Source: a virus
Length of the DNA: 64,000 nucleotides
Virus record (IMG/VR): IMGVR_UViG_3300047510_001668
Location: 1 to 64,000 of that record
Strand: one strand, 5' to 3'
The first letter of the stretch is position 1. The number at the start of each line of letters is the position of its first letter. Of this stretch, positions 1 through 9,665 are shown in pieces. A program made the position numbers and the translations under genes. A model generated the notes under the pieces. It ran no database searches, was not told the origin of the DNA, and saw nothing but the letters and a program-made list of their open reading frames with translations.

Positions 1-391
1 ATATTTCTTTTATTTTGGTTTTAACTATTTTTAATTGACCGTGTGCGGTTACTAAAATAGAATTCTTTAATTCATCCCAATCAATCTTATAGGACTTATC
101 TATCTTACCGCCGTTCTTACTTGCAATCAATGCATTAAGTGCATTAATTGTATATATTGTATTTGTTTGCTTCTTTCTATGTACTGAAATGGTAGAAGCA
201 GGTGGTTGATGTCCAGATTTTAATGACCCAACAATAATATTGTATGTTAAAATAAGTTGATTGGCGTCATCAACATTTTCCAATACATAAATATTATTGA
301 AAGCGAGGGTATAAGAATCTTGTATAGATTTAATGTGCACATCTAATTCCGCTGCTGGAATAAAAGTGCAAAGTAGCTGAGTTTCGTTCAT
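1..391 (-). CDS. Conserved phage hypothetical protein, truncated at the left window edge (not in ORF track)
   Basis: Hand translation from ATG at 391: MNETQLLCTFIPAAELDVHIKS...TISVHRKKQTNTIYTINALNALI...NGGKIDKSYKIDWDELKNSILVT...KIKEI. Open for 130 codons to the edge. Confidence 0.8.
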   Translation of the reverse strand, partial: MNETQLLCTFIPAAELDVHIKSIQDSYTLAFNNIYVLENVDDANQLILTYNIIVGSLKSGHQPPASTISVHRKKQTNTIYTINALNALIASKNGGKIDKSYKIDWDELKNSILVTAHGQLKIVKTKIKEI

Positions 392-453
392 AAGATACTC
401 GTAAGACTGTTTATTTCCGTCATCTTATAAGTATCAAATTTACTTCAATAACA

Positions 454-1725
454 CTATATTTTGTATAGATTTAATTCATTATAATTATGACCACGATACT
501 GACGAACGGGGTATCCACCAGCACTCAATAACTTGGATACATTGTCCATAGAATTCAGCTCATCGTTGTGCACATCCAGTAGAATTGCATCATAGGTATA
601 GAGAATGACCTTGGATTCATACATCCCCAAGAAACGGTAGACATCCTCAACTCTGGATATGGCTTCTTCGGTTTCGGTCAATTGCATCATATAATTGAAT
701 ACCTTGTTCTTTGAAGAGTCCACCAAGGTCACTTTGCGACCCGTTCCTGACAATACAAATCCATTCTGACGGTATTCGTCCCACAGTTTGGAGGAATACC
801 CCTTAATCTTTTGGAAGAACTCTACGCCACCCGTATCGTCGGACTGACCATACATCAAGGCAAAGGTACGGGCCTTAGACTCCTCATACTGCTCTTCGGT
901 CACTTCATCCACTCCATAATACTGCTGAGCGAGATAGGTGTGAAGTGAGGTGGGTGGGAGTTGGTAATCCATCAACTTCCCAGCCAACCGCAAGTGGAAC
1001 GCCTCATAATCGAACTGAACCAATGTTCCGTTCTCACCAAACCTACTGATGAACTTCTCACGACTACCATCGTTCTTATTGAGGGCGGCAAAGTTGATAC
1101 CACCGAAGGCATTACTTGGACGACCTGTCGATGTATAGATATTGTAATCAGAGTATACCATTCCGTCCGTCGTGTATATTCCCGACTTCTCGATATTCGC
1201 CAATGTAGGAATCGTTATTTGATTGATAAACTGGAACGATGGGTCAAGTTCCATAGATTCGTATCGTTTATGGAGATGTTCACAATGTTGGAGAAATGCT
1301 TCTGCCGTTTCTACCCACGAAGTCAATGGGATACTATAATGAAGATTCTTGAACTTGAACTGATTTTTGATTTGATGAATACCCATCGTATAGAATTCAC
1401 GATATATCGGAATCACATCATTGTTGAGATGTAACACCGTTGCCAAATCAATCACATTAATCGCATTAGTGAGATGACGAAGTTCCTTTTGATAAAGGGT
1501 CACCAGCTTATAGGCACGTGACAGGTCAATCTCAAAGTGTGGGGCATCGGGATGATTTATCGATACTGTATAGAATGTCCCATCTTCGAATCGGAAATGG
1601 AGCGAGGACAATTTATTCTGGACGGGATGTAGAAACGCATCAACCGCCACGGGATAGACATAAGCAGTCTCTTCCTGTAAGCGGTTGGTGAGTTTTGTAA
1701 CATCATCTAGATTTGTAATAACCAT
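454..1725 (-). CDS. polA: Short family-A DNA polymerase (Pol I-like, no 5'-3' exonuclease domain)
   Basis: Motifs TSTGRPSN, A (QFDYEAFHLR), B (KARTFALMYG) and C (YTYDAILLD). SD GAGGA upstream. Confidence 0.85.
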   Translation of the reverse strand: MVITNLDDVTKLTNRLQEETAYVYPVAVDAFLHPVQNKLSSLHFRFEDGTFYTVSINHPDAPHFEIDLSRAYKLVTLYQKELRHLTNAINVIDLATVLHLNNDVIPIYREFYTMGIHQIKNQFKFKNLHYSIPLTSWVETAEAFLQHCEHLHKRYESMELDPSFQFINQITIPTLANIEKSGIYTTDGMVYSDYNIYTSTGRPSNAFGGINFAALNKNDGSREKFISRFGENGTLVQFDYEAFHLRLAGKLMDYQLPPTSLHTYLAQQYYGVDEVTEEQYEESKARTFALMYGQSDDTGGVEFFQKIKGYSSKLWDEYRQNGFVLSGTGRKVTLVDSSKNKVFNYMMQLTETEEAISRVEDVYRFLGMYESKVILYTYDAILLDVHNDELNSMDNVSKLLSAGGYPVRQYRGHNYNELNLYKI

Positions 1726-1753
1726 TCGTTCCTCAATAATATATTATATTTTA

Positions 1754-1782
1754 AATATAGTATTACTCAGTACGATTGTCAA
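1754..1782 (-). promoter_or_regulatory. Sigma70-type promoter for the polymerase gene
   Basis: Minus strand TTGACA (1782-1777), 17-nt spacer, TATATT (1759-1754), about 30 nt upstream of ATG 1725. Confidence 0.65.
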
Positions 1783-2119
1783 CCCCTATTACATACTGCG
1801 AATTACTTCGGATAATATATGTTAATTCTGGCATGATTACTTTATAATAGTTTAGTATAGTAGAATTTTTACTTAGTACACCCTTGATTACTCCATTAGC
1901 AGATTCAGTATCTTCTAATCTTCCGTTAATATACCATTTAAAAGAAATCACAGCATATAATGGATTCTTACCAAATCTATCATATTGTGTCTTATCTATT
2001 TCAATCACCGTTTTATTAGATAAAATCTGCAAGAAGTACCGAGTAACATACCCGGCTCGTATATCATCTAAAGTTATTTTTGGTACTGTCCCATATGGGA
2101 TTGTAAAATTATTCTTCAT
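1763..2119 (-). CDS. Hypothetical protein at the end of the tail/baseplate operon
   Basis: 118-aa ORF overlapping the stop of the upstream hub-like gene; same strand and codon style. Confidence 0.7.
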   Translation of the reverse strand: MKNNFTIPYGTVPKITLDDIRAGYVTRYFLQILSNKTVIEIDKTQYDRFGKNPLYAVISFKWYINGRLEDTESANGVIKGVLSKNSTILNYYKVIMPELTYIIRSNSQYVIGVDNRTE

Positions 2120-5100
2120 TTTGTGGTCTATATCTAAAGCGTCCTTGAACTTTGGTAATCCATCCAGTTTGTAAATTAAATTCGTGAACTATCTTTGTAA
2201 CTATATATACTCCACGTTTTAATATTTGAGGTACACGGTCCACTGCAAATGTTTGGAACAGTTGAATTCCACCGATACCAGGCATAGTTAAATCAACAAT
2301 GCTCTTTGTTAAATTACTACTATTAAATGGATGCACTTTATCTCTTGTTCCAGTACCACCACTATTACTATCCAATGCCTTTAACATCTTAGGTGGATTT
2401 AATTCGATAAGTTGTATAGCTTGACCAAGATATCCATATTCACGAACCGCAGCCACTCCATTTGGATTTTGAGTCACTAGTGCTTTTGCCGTAGCTGTAC
2501 GTTCTTCGAATTGTGTTGTTAATGCTTCGGTAGAACCAAATCCACCACTAAATGGACTAAACCCCGTGGTTAATAGAGTTGCGGATGGAGATGGAGCTGC
2601 CCCTCCCAAAAATTCTGGACGTTGTGTTGGTGGATTTAGTGATGCCGCAGTTACTTCAACTCTTACATCATCTGGACACGTACCCGTTGTGGTTGCTGCA
2701 CTACAAGTTGCATAAATTTCTGGAATTAATGACAAGCTTTGTAATTCATTAATATCGATAGCATTGATAGTTCCACGTTGAGCAACCCCACCGATATTTG
2801 CGATTGCTTGTACTGCAATAACTTGTGGTAAATCAAATGAAATATTGATATCGAGAAGTTCACTACCCAAATCGTCGTCAGTCAGTTGCTTTGTTTTACG
2901 ATTAAACATATACAAATATTTTGGTCGATTAATTTGTATAGATTCGGTACTACTTACTTGTATTGTTTTCTTCTCACCAGTAAACCCTTCTAGCTGAAGC
3001 TTTGGGTCATCGGTTCTAGTAATACTGGATTCATCCATCGCATCTAAATCAGAAACAGTTTGTGTATTTTCTGGGAATTTTGGTAAGGTATCAATAACGT
3101 GCATTCCGGGTCGTGAGGTATCGTTGGAAATTAATTGTAAGTTCCAATACCCACTTACACTGGCGTTCATATATCCTAATAAATTACTGATTCCAGCGGA
3201 TACCGTGTCCGCTGCAGTAAATGCTTGTTTGATAGCGTTGGTGTTAATCCATACACCATTACTTAAGAATGAAGTATCTCCATCACTCTTGAAATCACCA
3301 ACATCTTGATTTCCTACGATTTTACCAAAAATACTACTATCTGAAAAATTCGTTGGTGGGGTTGTGCCCGTCTGTTCAGCTCTTCGTACCGCTTCTGCCA
3401 ATACATTAACATATTCAAATGTAGCATCATACAATTCTTGCTGCCCAGAATTGTATATTAACATTACGCCTGGATTTGTTGACCGAAGAGCCGGATTGTA
3501 TGCAACTTCATCTGCCAACAATAAGTTTCTGTCTGATGATGGTTGTGTCCCTCTATCACCAAGTGGCTTGATAAAGTTTGAACGTAGATATGTTTCGTTT
3601 TCTACACTGTTGTTACCGAACAAACTCATTAAACCATAATTCTTATCATTTAATATTACGTTCACAAAGAACTTCCATGATACGAAATATCCACCAATAC
3701 CTGTACCGGCGTCTGGATTGTTAGCCCCAGTAGATTGATTACCACCGTCGGTTGCATTTGTTGTTGCGATAGGTACTACGTGACTAATCCATTCTTTTGA
3801 AATTTCCGAACTATCATCTGTAATTACTTTCGTTAATAGATATTGTAACGAATTTGTTTTTCTGGACGCTGCATCATCAAAATATTCGTGTACGTCTGTA
3901 ACCTTGCATTCTGGGTCACTTACTGATGTACCAGTACGACATAAAGGTTTTGCTCCAGTATACTTTGACGGTATTTCAAATTGTTGTACTGAGTGTACCG
4001 TAAGTTCGATTTCGTATGTATTGTTCTTTCCGTATTTGAGTCCAAACTTTACTACGTACCCAATGAAAATTTCATAGTTTCCATTATTTCTGTAAACATA
4101 CTTTTCTATGAACGCCGTTTGGCTACTTTCCAAAGTAATTAATTTCTTAAATCCATCTTCTGAATCGTTTATGACCGAAGAGTCTGTACGTATATTACCT
4201 TGTTTATCAAATGTCCAATTGTATGGTTCTATATCCTCTGGATTTTGGTCCGATGCTAGTCTACCATATTCTAATACAACTCTGGTAGCTGGTCGCATGA
4301 AATACTTCATTAATGCATTTAACTGACCAACAGAATATGCAGTTATCTTTATCGTCGCTTTAAATAGGCCACCACGAACGCCCATAGGTCCAGTAGTACT
4401 CCTTTCGGTAATTATACTGGTGATGCCTGGTGGTGGAATGTTTGGTTGGTCTAGTTGTACATCTTCTTCGGTAACAACTATGGGTACTCGACCAGTTGTA
4501 CTTGTAGCATATCCTACAATACTTCTCTTAGATGTACCTTGACCAAGGTATATATCTTCAAACTTTAAGTCTTGTCGGTCGTGAACGCCTAATGTTGGAC
4601 ACCACGCTGACTTATGTTGTCCAGAAAGTAAATTACTTCCAGACACATACATCAATGACGTAAGCTTAACAAATGGAGTATGAGAATGTATAGTATTTCC
4701 TGCTAGTCTACGTCTGGTTAATTCATATTGAATATTTGGGTGGAATGATTCAATCGATGAAATATAAGGAGTAATATTTGTAGTCGTTGTAGACCGTGAA
4801 CGACGAGTACTTAATCGGGGAACAGCTGCCCCGTCTGCTCTAGAATATAGAGTACTAGCTGGAATTACCGCATTTTGTGATGGTGGAACTTGTGTTAGTT
4901 CTACCGATTCAAGTAATGTATATGTGAATAATTCTCTATGTAGTGTACGCTTACTACGCACAATATTCATAAACTGGTAGAAATCACCAGCTGTCTTAAA
5001 TACCTGACATCCAGCACTATAATTGTTTACCGCTAATGTAGTGCCACTTGCGTTTGCTCGGTGAATATTGATACCTAAGTCATTACTTTCTTCTACGATA

Positions 5101-5516
5101 ACTCCGGGGCCAGAGTTATCTAAGATATTATTCTTGTTACCATCTCTCCAGATTTTTACCTTTCCGTTTCGTTGGCACAATGCTTCATATTGTCCACGAT
5201 GTAAATCTATCTTATATACATTAACATATTGACCAGGTATTAGTTGTGACACCCCACGAAGATCTTCTGGTCCTCGTCCTGCCAAAGAATAGGTAAGACC
5301 TGGGTCCGTTGTGGCAGCGTACTGATAATATTCATATCGTCCCGCATTATTATATATCACCAGTATCCAATCATTAAATGAATTGGTATTTAACTTTCCT
5401 GGTATGGAATTACGCACACCGATAATGTTCAGCTTTCCATCTTCATACCAAACATATCCTTTGCGTTGGAATAACTGCCTTAGTTCATTTATATTAAATT
5501 GATTTACTTGCGTCAT
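2109..5516 (-). CDS. Large baseplate hub-like protein with N-terminal L,D-transpeptidase (YkuD)-like domain
   Basis: Start moved to ATG 5516 (ATGA overlap with the LysM gene stop). N-terminal GINIHRANASGTTLAVNNYSAGCQVF fits the His...Ser-x-Gly-Cys YkuD signature. C-terminal LTMPGIGGIQLFQTFAVDRVP...YIVTKIVHEF...WITKV resembles phage late-control D/gp27-type hub ends. Follows the LysM and tube-initiator genes. Confidence 0.65.
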   Translation of the reverse strand: MTQVNQFNINELRQLFQRKGYVWYEDGKLNIIGVRNSIPGKLNTNSFNDWILVIYNNAGRYEYYQYAATTDPGLTYSLAGRGPEDLRGVSQLIPGQYVNVYKIDLHRGQYEALCQRNGKVKIWRDGNKNNILDNSGPGVIVEESNDLGINIHRANASGTTLAVNNYSAGCQVFKTAGDFYQFMNIVRSKRTLHRELFTYTLLESVELTQVPPSQNAVIPASTLYSRADGAAVPRLSTRRSRSTTTTNITPYISSIESFHPNIQYELTRRRLAGNTIHSHTPFVKLTSLMYVSGSNLLSGQHKSAWCPTLGVHDRQDLKFEDIYLGQGTSKRSIVGYATSTTGRVPIVVTEEDVQLDQPNIPPPGITSIITERSTTGPMGVRGGLFKATIKITAYSVGQLNALMKYFMRPATRVVLEYGRLASDQNPEDIEPYNWTFDKQGNIRTDSSVINDSEDGFKKLITLESSQTAFIEKYVYRNNGNYEIFIGYVVKFGLKYGKNNTYEIELTVHSVQQFEIPSKYTGAKPLCRTGTSVSDPECKVTDVHEYFDDAASRKTNSLQYLLTKVITDDSSEISKEWISHVVPIATTNATDGGNQSTGANNPDAGTGIGGYFVSWKFFVNVILNDKNYGLMSLFGNNSVENETYLRSNFIKPLGDRGTQPSSDRNLLLADEVAYNPALRSTNPGVMLIYNSGQQELYDATFEYVNVLAEAVRRAEQTGTTPPTNFSDSSIFGKIVGNQDVGDFKSDGDTSFLSNGVWINTNAIKQAFTAADTVSAGISNLLGYMNASVSGYWNLQLISNDTSRPGMHVIDTLPKFPENTQTVSDLDAMDESSITRTDDPKLQLEGFTGEKKTIQVSSTESIQINRPKYLYMFNRKTKQLTDDDLGSELLDINISFDLPQVIAVQAIANIGGVAQRGTINAIDINELQSLSLIPEIYATCSAATTTGTCPDDVRVEVTAASLNPPTQRPEFLGGAAPSPSATLLTTGFSPFSGGFGSTEALTTQFEERTATAKALVTQNPNGVAAVREYGYLGQAIQLIELNPPKMLKALDSNSGGTGTRDKVHPFNSSNLTKSIVDLTMPGIGGIQLFQTFAVDRVPQILKRGVYIVTKIVHEFNLQTGWITKVQGRFRYRPQNEE

Positions 5517-5773
5517 AGATTTGGTATTCTTAATACGGTACCAGCCGGAACGGTTAGTGTACCGTTCGATAGTTGATTTGCTTGTGCGATTATCCACCAG
5601 TTATTTGGTGTTTTATAAAAAATATTAGAAATAGTATCTAATCTGTCCCCATCACGTGCTTCATAATAAAATGGCACCGCTTCGGTTGGTATACTGGTTG
5701 GTATACTTGATGCATAATATGCCGGTGCATTTGGTGATTCAATTCTTTGTAAGGTATCAATATATCGATTCAT
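5513..5773 (-). CDS. LysM / P2 gpX-like baseplate protein
   Basis: YEARDGDRLDTISNIFYKTPNNWWIIAQAN...VPAGTVLRIP is a LysM/tail-X pattern; position in the baseplate operon. Confidence 0.8.
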   Translation of the reverse strand: MNRYIDTLQRIESPNAPAYYASSIPTSIPTEAVPFYYEARDGDRLDTISNIFYKTPNNWWIIAQANQLSNGTLTVPAGTVLRIPNL

Positions 5774-7530
5774 TATCGTGCACTTATGGTAGGTTGGGTT
5801 GTTGAGAATACTGATGAAGTACCACGACCAACTGCTTGAGTTCTTCTAACAGCTAAATCCAGATTGACATCGAAACGAGTTAATAATGGATTGTAATTAC
5901 TTCTATTACCGAACTGAGGAAATGCTTGCTCAAATGGTGTGGTAGGACGTTGAGCACCAGTTGTAGATGTTACTCCTGTTCTAATATTACCTACAGTCGG
6001 AGGACCATTTGGATTTATAGGTACTTGTGGTGTTGCCCCTACTTTTGTACCTTGACTACTCTGTGCACGTTCAGTTGCTACACGTTCTCTTCTGCCCTCT
6101 TCTCGTTGTGCAGCTGATGGCGTTGGGGGTGTCGGTGGTGTGCCAGCAGTTACCGCAGGTGTTACAGGTGTTTGTGCAACACGTTCCTTCGTACCTTCCA
6201 TAGCTTGTGTAATTTCATAGAACGGACTATCATATGTTTTTGTTCTCTTTTCCAATAATACTAAATTCATTTGTACGTTGATAACCTGAGATACTTCTCT
6301 ATCTACGTCAAATACGATACTTTCATCCAAAAAGTCAAAATCTAAATTATCGATATAGCATGGTTGGTCTTTATAGATATTTCCTATAGTCATTCTAAAC
6401 AGTGGTGGAACCATAAATCCATTTCGTGAAATAGCCTTTGGAAATGCCCGACCAGATAAATTATTAATGCGTAACCACATCGAATCCAATTCTGCTGCGG
6501 TCATCGCTGCAATATTAAATTGTAATGATACGGAACGTTTTGCTCCCGTATATGTTACAAATCGTTCAACACGACCAACATATCGTTGTTCATTATATTC
6601 TGGCTTAACATTTTCTTTGATAGAAGAAATGAATGCTCTAAAATGTATTGGATTGGTACCATCGGCATCACTGAATATAAACTTAATGATATCTGCGTTA
6701 ACGTTATTATTAGAATCTATTTGTGATGTGTTATTATCTATGATCGTACTATAAGAAATTTGATTTTGAAATAAATTTTGTTTATCAACGTTTCCACCAG
6801 ATGACAGATTGTAGACATCCCCATTAGCGAAATACCCACCAGTATTTTCTAAGTCTCTAAATGTTCTTGACCCAGATTGAGCTTGGTCTACATAACTAAA
6901 CTTTCTTAAATAAAAATCGGTAGAAGATGATTGTTCAGCATACAATCCAGCCGGTCGCTTGATACCTTGGTCTGTGATGTCTTGTTTTGCTAATAGTCTT
7001 GGGTACCAACTTGCATTGTCTTCTGGTCGTTCGAAATAATTTTGTCTTAATCGGGTAGGTTGTGCATTTAATGCACGAATAGGAGATAATGCTGTATTTA
7101 CAACTGATTGTATAAATCCATTTGCTCCATTCTTAAAACTATCAATAGTTTCTTTTTGTAACGCACCACGATTTTTACCTAGAATACTTGGAAATGCGAT
7201 ATTTCTACGAATAAATAATGCCGGGGGTACATTGAGTAAGGCTTCTAATGGATTATATAATCGTGTTTCTGCGAATGTATTTCCCGTTTGAAGTAATGTT
7301 TGCTTAGCAAGAAACAATACCCCTTTATCAGAACCTAAAAATTTACTAATCCGTGATGTATCCCGAACTGTTGATACGAATGGAGTAAGTCGGCTATCAT
7401 CTTTTATTCTACTCTTACTTTGAGCGGAGTCTGGCTTTATTTCGGTGACCGAATCATTTTGATTGGAAAATCTTCCATAAATTTCCCGTGCCGATGCATT
7501 AAACCGTTGTTCTAACGTAGTAAACGCCAT
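5773..7530 (-). CDS. Tail tube initiator / baseplate-junction-like protein with Pro/Thr-rich C-terminal tail
   Basis: IHFRAFISSIKENVKPEYNEQRYVGRVERFVTYTGAKRSVSLQF...PPLFRMTIGNIY resembles tube-fold initiator proteins of contractile systems; lies between tape measure and LysM genes. Confidence 0.6.
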   Translation of the reverse strand: MAFTTLEQRFNASAREIYGRFSNQNDSVTEIKPDSAQSKSRIKDDSRLTPFVSTVRDTSRISKFLGSDKGVLFLAKQTLLQTGNTFAETRLYNPLEALLNVPPALFIRRNIAFPSILGKNRGALQKETIDSFKNGANGFIQSVVNTALSPIRALNAQPTRLRQNYFERPEDNASWYPRLLAKQDITDQGIKRPAGLYAEQSSSTDFYLRKFSYVDQAQSGSRTFRDLENTGGYFANGDVYNLSSGGNVDKQNLFQNQISYSTIIDNNTSQIDSNNNVNADIIKFIFSDADGTNPIHFRAFISSIKENVKPEYNEQRYVGRVERFVTYTGAKRSVSLQFNIAAMTAAELDSMWLRINNLSGRAFPKAISRNGFMVPPLFRMTIGNIYKDQPCYIDNLDFDFLDESIVFDVDREVSQVINVQMNLVLLEKRTKTYDSPFYEITQAMEGTKERVAQTPVTPAVTAGTPPTPPTPSAAQREEGRRERVATERAQSSQGTKVGATPQVPINPNGPPTVGNIRTGVTSTTGAQRPTTPFEQAFPQFGNRSNYNPLLTRFDVNLDLAVRRTQAVGRGTSSVFSTTQPTISAR

Positions 7531-7533
7531 AGG

Positions 7534-9438
7534 TTACTCCACTTCATTTCTAGAGTGTACACCAACCAATTGAAAACGAGGAACCCGTTGTACTTGACCA
7601 CCCACATTAATTGTGGTGGTTGCGTTTTGAATCGTGTCAACCAATCTATCAATCTTGTCGAGCAGTCTGGAGTTTTCTCCAGTTGGAGCTTGTAATGTAC
7701 CCTTATTGAATAGATTGGTACCTGCCATCACTGTATCGTTATTGTTTAATGCGAATGTTCCAGTTGGGGTGACCAAAGTGCGATTACCATATCCAGGTGA
7801 AGAAATCATATCATCCGCTGTCATCTTAGATGCAAGTACACCAGCCGCAGTTGCTCCTAATCCAGACATAGTTGCAATTAATGTTGGTCCAATTGCTGCA
7901 GCGATTGGGGCACCAAATCCAGTAGCTGCTAATCCACCAACTAATGCTCCTCCAAGTGCACCACCTAGTAATCCACCGAGAATAGGAGCGATGGTCATAA
8001 TAATTGCTTTCTTCCACCCACCGCCTTGTAATGCTGTTGTCATACCCCCAACTAGTCCTGCTCCAACACCAACTCCGGCACCCATTCCTACACCAGTTTT
8101 AACACCCATAGTAGCTGGGGGTGTGGTAGTTGTTGGTGCACCACCTGTAGTTGTTGGGGCTCCACCAGCTTTAGCTGCAAGAGCGTTAAGTGTTTGTAAT
8201 GTTCGTACAGATGCTACAGCTTGAACCACAAATGCTGTTAATGAAACAACCGCAGCGGCCAATCCTCCAATAAATAATACTAATTTATTTTTACTTATAA
8301 CATCTATAACTTGACCTAAAAACGTAAGAACTGTGTTAGCTTTGTCTGTGGTATCCGCTTGTTTTGTTACCGCCTCTTCTAACTTAGTAAAATTTCCAGC
8401 TCCCTTAACTTTGATAATTTCATCAACATTAATACCAGCAATTTGACCTAATAATGCTCTGTAACTTGCACTACGTAAATCTTCTGCGTTTACAAGTGAT
8501 GCTACATACTTTTGAGCTTCACCAGGTGCTCCAAATTCTTGAAGCATGGTAAGCTTTTCAAAATCAATTGCAGTTCCTAGTTGTCCAAGTTGAGCGACAG
8601 CATCAATTTGTTGATCTAGACTGGTGACGTAAGATTCTGCTCCCTTATTTAAGGAATCAAGAGAAATCCCTAAACGTTCAAAGTCTAATGCACGTTTTAA
8701 TACAGAAGTTCCGAAAATATTAACAGATGTTAAATTTCTATTTATTACACCACTTAACGTACTAGTTTGTATCGATTGTCTACCAGTCGCTGCTCTAAGT
8801 GTTTCGAATTCTGCTGCGGTGGTTGTACCTGTCAGTGCTAAAGCACGGAATGTTTCTGCTGTAGCTGGACCAATAATTCCCGCTTGACCCAAATTCTGAT
8901 TAAATGTTCTAAGTCCTTCTGCTGATGGTGTTAATCCCGTCGAGAATCCACCCAAGGCTTGTGCCGCGGCTTTAGAGGTATTTCTTATTTCTTCAGCATT
9001 AAATATTTGATTTGGGTCAAGACTAAATATTGACCGTATCGATTCTATTTGACTTCCAAGTTCTAGTGCTACACCTTCTTGTGCAGCGATACCAATATCA
9101 CGTGCATTTCTGATACCTTCTACTACAAGTTGAACTCCATCACCTAATGATTTACCTACGGCCTTTAATCGTGTAGATAATCCATCAAATACCGCTAGCA
9201 TCGCACTAGACCGTTGACCAAACGCATTATTAAACAATTCTTGTTTTAATGAATAGTCTTTAAGAGTTTTAGCAATCTTATCTGATTGTTCTTTAATTGG
9301 GTCTTTTGGTGGGGTGGGTGGCTTTTGCTTAGCAGCAGTATTTTTATCTAAAGCCTCAGTGAGAGGTTTTAGAACATCTTGCATCGCTTGGCTTATAGAT
9401 TGTGCTAAACTATTTGCAAGTTCTTCATTATCTGCCAT
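7534..9438 (-). CDS. Tape measure-like protein
   Basis: Ala/Leu/Gln-rich helical protein with Gly/Ala-rich hydrophobic segments in the C-terminal third; directly downstream of the chaperone pair. Confidence 0.65.
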   Translation of the reverse strand: MADNEELANSLAQSISQAMQDVLKPLTEALDKNTAAKQKPPTPPKDPIKEQSDKIAKTLKDYSLKQELFNNAFGQRSSAMLAVFDGLSTRLKAVGKSLGDGVQLVVEGIRNARDIGIAAQEGVALELGSQIESIRSIFSLDPNQIFNAEEIRNTSKAAAQALGGFSTGLTPSAEGLRTFNQNLGQAGIIGPATAETFRALALTGTTTAAEFETLRAATGRQSIQTSTLSGVINRNLTSVNIFGTSVLKRALDFERLGISLDSLNKGAESYVTSLDQQIDAVAQLGQLGTAIDFEKLTMLQEFGAPGEAQKYVASLVNAEDLRSASYRALLGQIAGINVDEIIKVKGAGNFTKLEEAVTKQADTTDKANTVLTFLGQVIDVISKNKLVLFIGGLAAAVVSLTAFVVQAVASVRTLQTLNALAAKAGGAPTTTGGAPTTTTPPATMGVKTGVGMGAGVGVGAGLVGGMTTALQGGGWKKAIIMTIAPILGGLLGGALGGALVGGLAATGFGAPIAAAIGPTLIATMSGLGATAAGVLASKMTADDMISSPGYGNRTLVTPTGTFALNNNDTVMAGTNLFNKGTLQAPTGENSRLLDKIDRLVDTIQNATTTINVGGQVQRVPRFQLVGVHSRNEVE

Positions 9439-9440
9439 AT

Positions 9441-9665
9441 CTATCTCTTATTAGATGATTTACCTTTAGACTGCTTTTGTACCATATCTGCTTCTTTTTG
9501 TTTAGTTTCTTCTAGGTGCTTCAAATAGAAGTTACGAAGATAGACCGGCATATGATACACTTGTTCAAACGTAAACCCACCATTACTAAAATACGATAGT
9601 GTGAATATCGATTGGTGTATTGCGACCTTATGCTCCGAGGTCAGGCCAAAAAAAGTTGGCCCCAA
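9441..9665 (-). CDS. Tail assembly chaperone C-terminal extension (GT-like / gp51-like), probably reached by frameshift
   Basis: 74-aa frame overlapping the end of 9628..10383. TTG start with no clear SD. FTFEQVYHMPVYLRNFYL resembles short chaperone/gp51-type C-terminal modules. Confidence 0.6.
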   Translation of the reverse strand: MGPTFFGLTSEHKVAIHQSIFTLSYFSNGGFTFEQVYHMPVYLRNFYLKHLEETKQKEADMVQKQSKGKSSNKR

